From Squatina squatina (lineage: Eukaryota): a stretch of DNA of 38,583 nucleotides. The position numbers and the translations under genes were made by a program. A model generated the notes under the pieces. The model did no database searches, was not told where the DNA came from, and saw only the letters and a program-made list of their open reading frames with translations. Below are positions 37,807 through 38,583 of this stretch, one piece after another; positions within the stretch are counted from its first letter, which is position 1; the number at the start of each line of letters is the position of its first letter. The stretch spans positions 9,855,119-9,893,701 of the forward strand of contig JARFOE010000192.1 in assembly GCA_031763465.1 (NCBI GenBank), read 5' to 3'.

Positions 37807-38583
37807 CAGAGGTCCACCATNNNNNNNNNNNNNNNNNNNNNNNNNNNNNNNNNNNNNNNNNNNNNNNNNNNNNNNNNNNNNNNNNNNNNNNNNNNNNNNN
37901 NNNNNNNNNNNNNNNNNNNNCAAATCAGTCACGTATGCAGCCACCCACAACTGTGAAGTAACCTATATTCCAATAATAACACGTTTTTTTTTAGACATAG
38001 CTCTCAGGTTATTTTCATAAAATGCTTGCGTAATATACTTTCCTTATCCACAGGTAAGATCTCACCAATCCAATGTAAAGTAGGATATGAGTCAATGAAA
38101 CCTTATCGGCAAAGGAAGAAGGAAGAAAGGAGTGTTGTATTCAGCCATTGATCTTTGGAAAGTGCAGGTCACAAGAACATAAAAAGAGATTTGCGCAAGT
38201 AAGCAGTTCATATTCAAGACTGTCAGAATCGAGTCTGCCAGATTCTCGAACCCTGCTCTTTGGAATGGGTTTGCATTTCAGGCAATGTCCCTCGTTCTAT
38301 TCTGACAGTGACATAGCTGCCATTGCTCATCTGGATTCATGCTATGCAGTCTGGATTGAAAGTGGAAAGTTGCTATTGTTGCAGTTAATAGGTCGGATAT
38401 GCCTCACACAATGACAGGCTGAACTCATAGCCCATTAATGTCTGTTGGAGAGATCCTGCTCAGTTTGGATTCAGATGACCAGAACTTGGTAGGCATAACC
38501 AATGGTGATAGCCCCAGGGCATGTACTGAGAGCTTTCCACAATCAAGTCAATCACGTGAGATGTATTAAAATAAAAGAACATA

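Overview
Vertebrate genomic DNA, most likely from a cartilaginous fish (inferred from the CR1/L2/SINE repeat types, not from a search). It is a heavily gapped scaffold: about 30 short contigs, most joined by exactly 100 Ns, so true distances are probably much larger than shown. It carries the conserved VWDE (minus; 8 exons or exon parts visible) - SCIN (plus; 2 exons visible) - ARL4A (plus; complete single-exon CDS) block. The main surprise is a cleanly spliced 123-nt plus-strand exon at 16191-16313, missed by the ORF track. It resembles the end of a class IX myosin motor domain and lies between VWDE and SCIN, where I know of no MYO9A/MYO9B gene in mammals. It could be an extra MYO9 paralogue, a pseudogene remnant or a misplaced contig. 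The rest is CR1 and L2 LINE fragments, a tRNA-derived SINE family and TIR-bounded MITE-like elements, one with a clear 3-bp TSD nested in a CR1. I see no prokaryote-type system (CRISPR, operon). Protein identifications rest on my recollection of the families; no database search was run.
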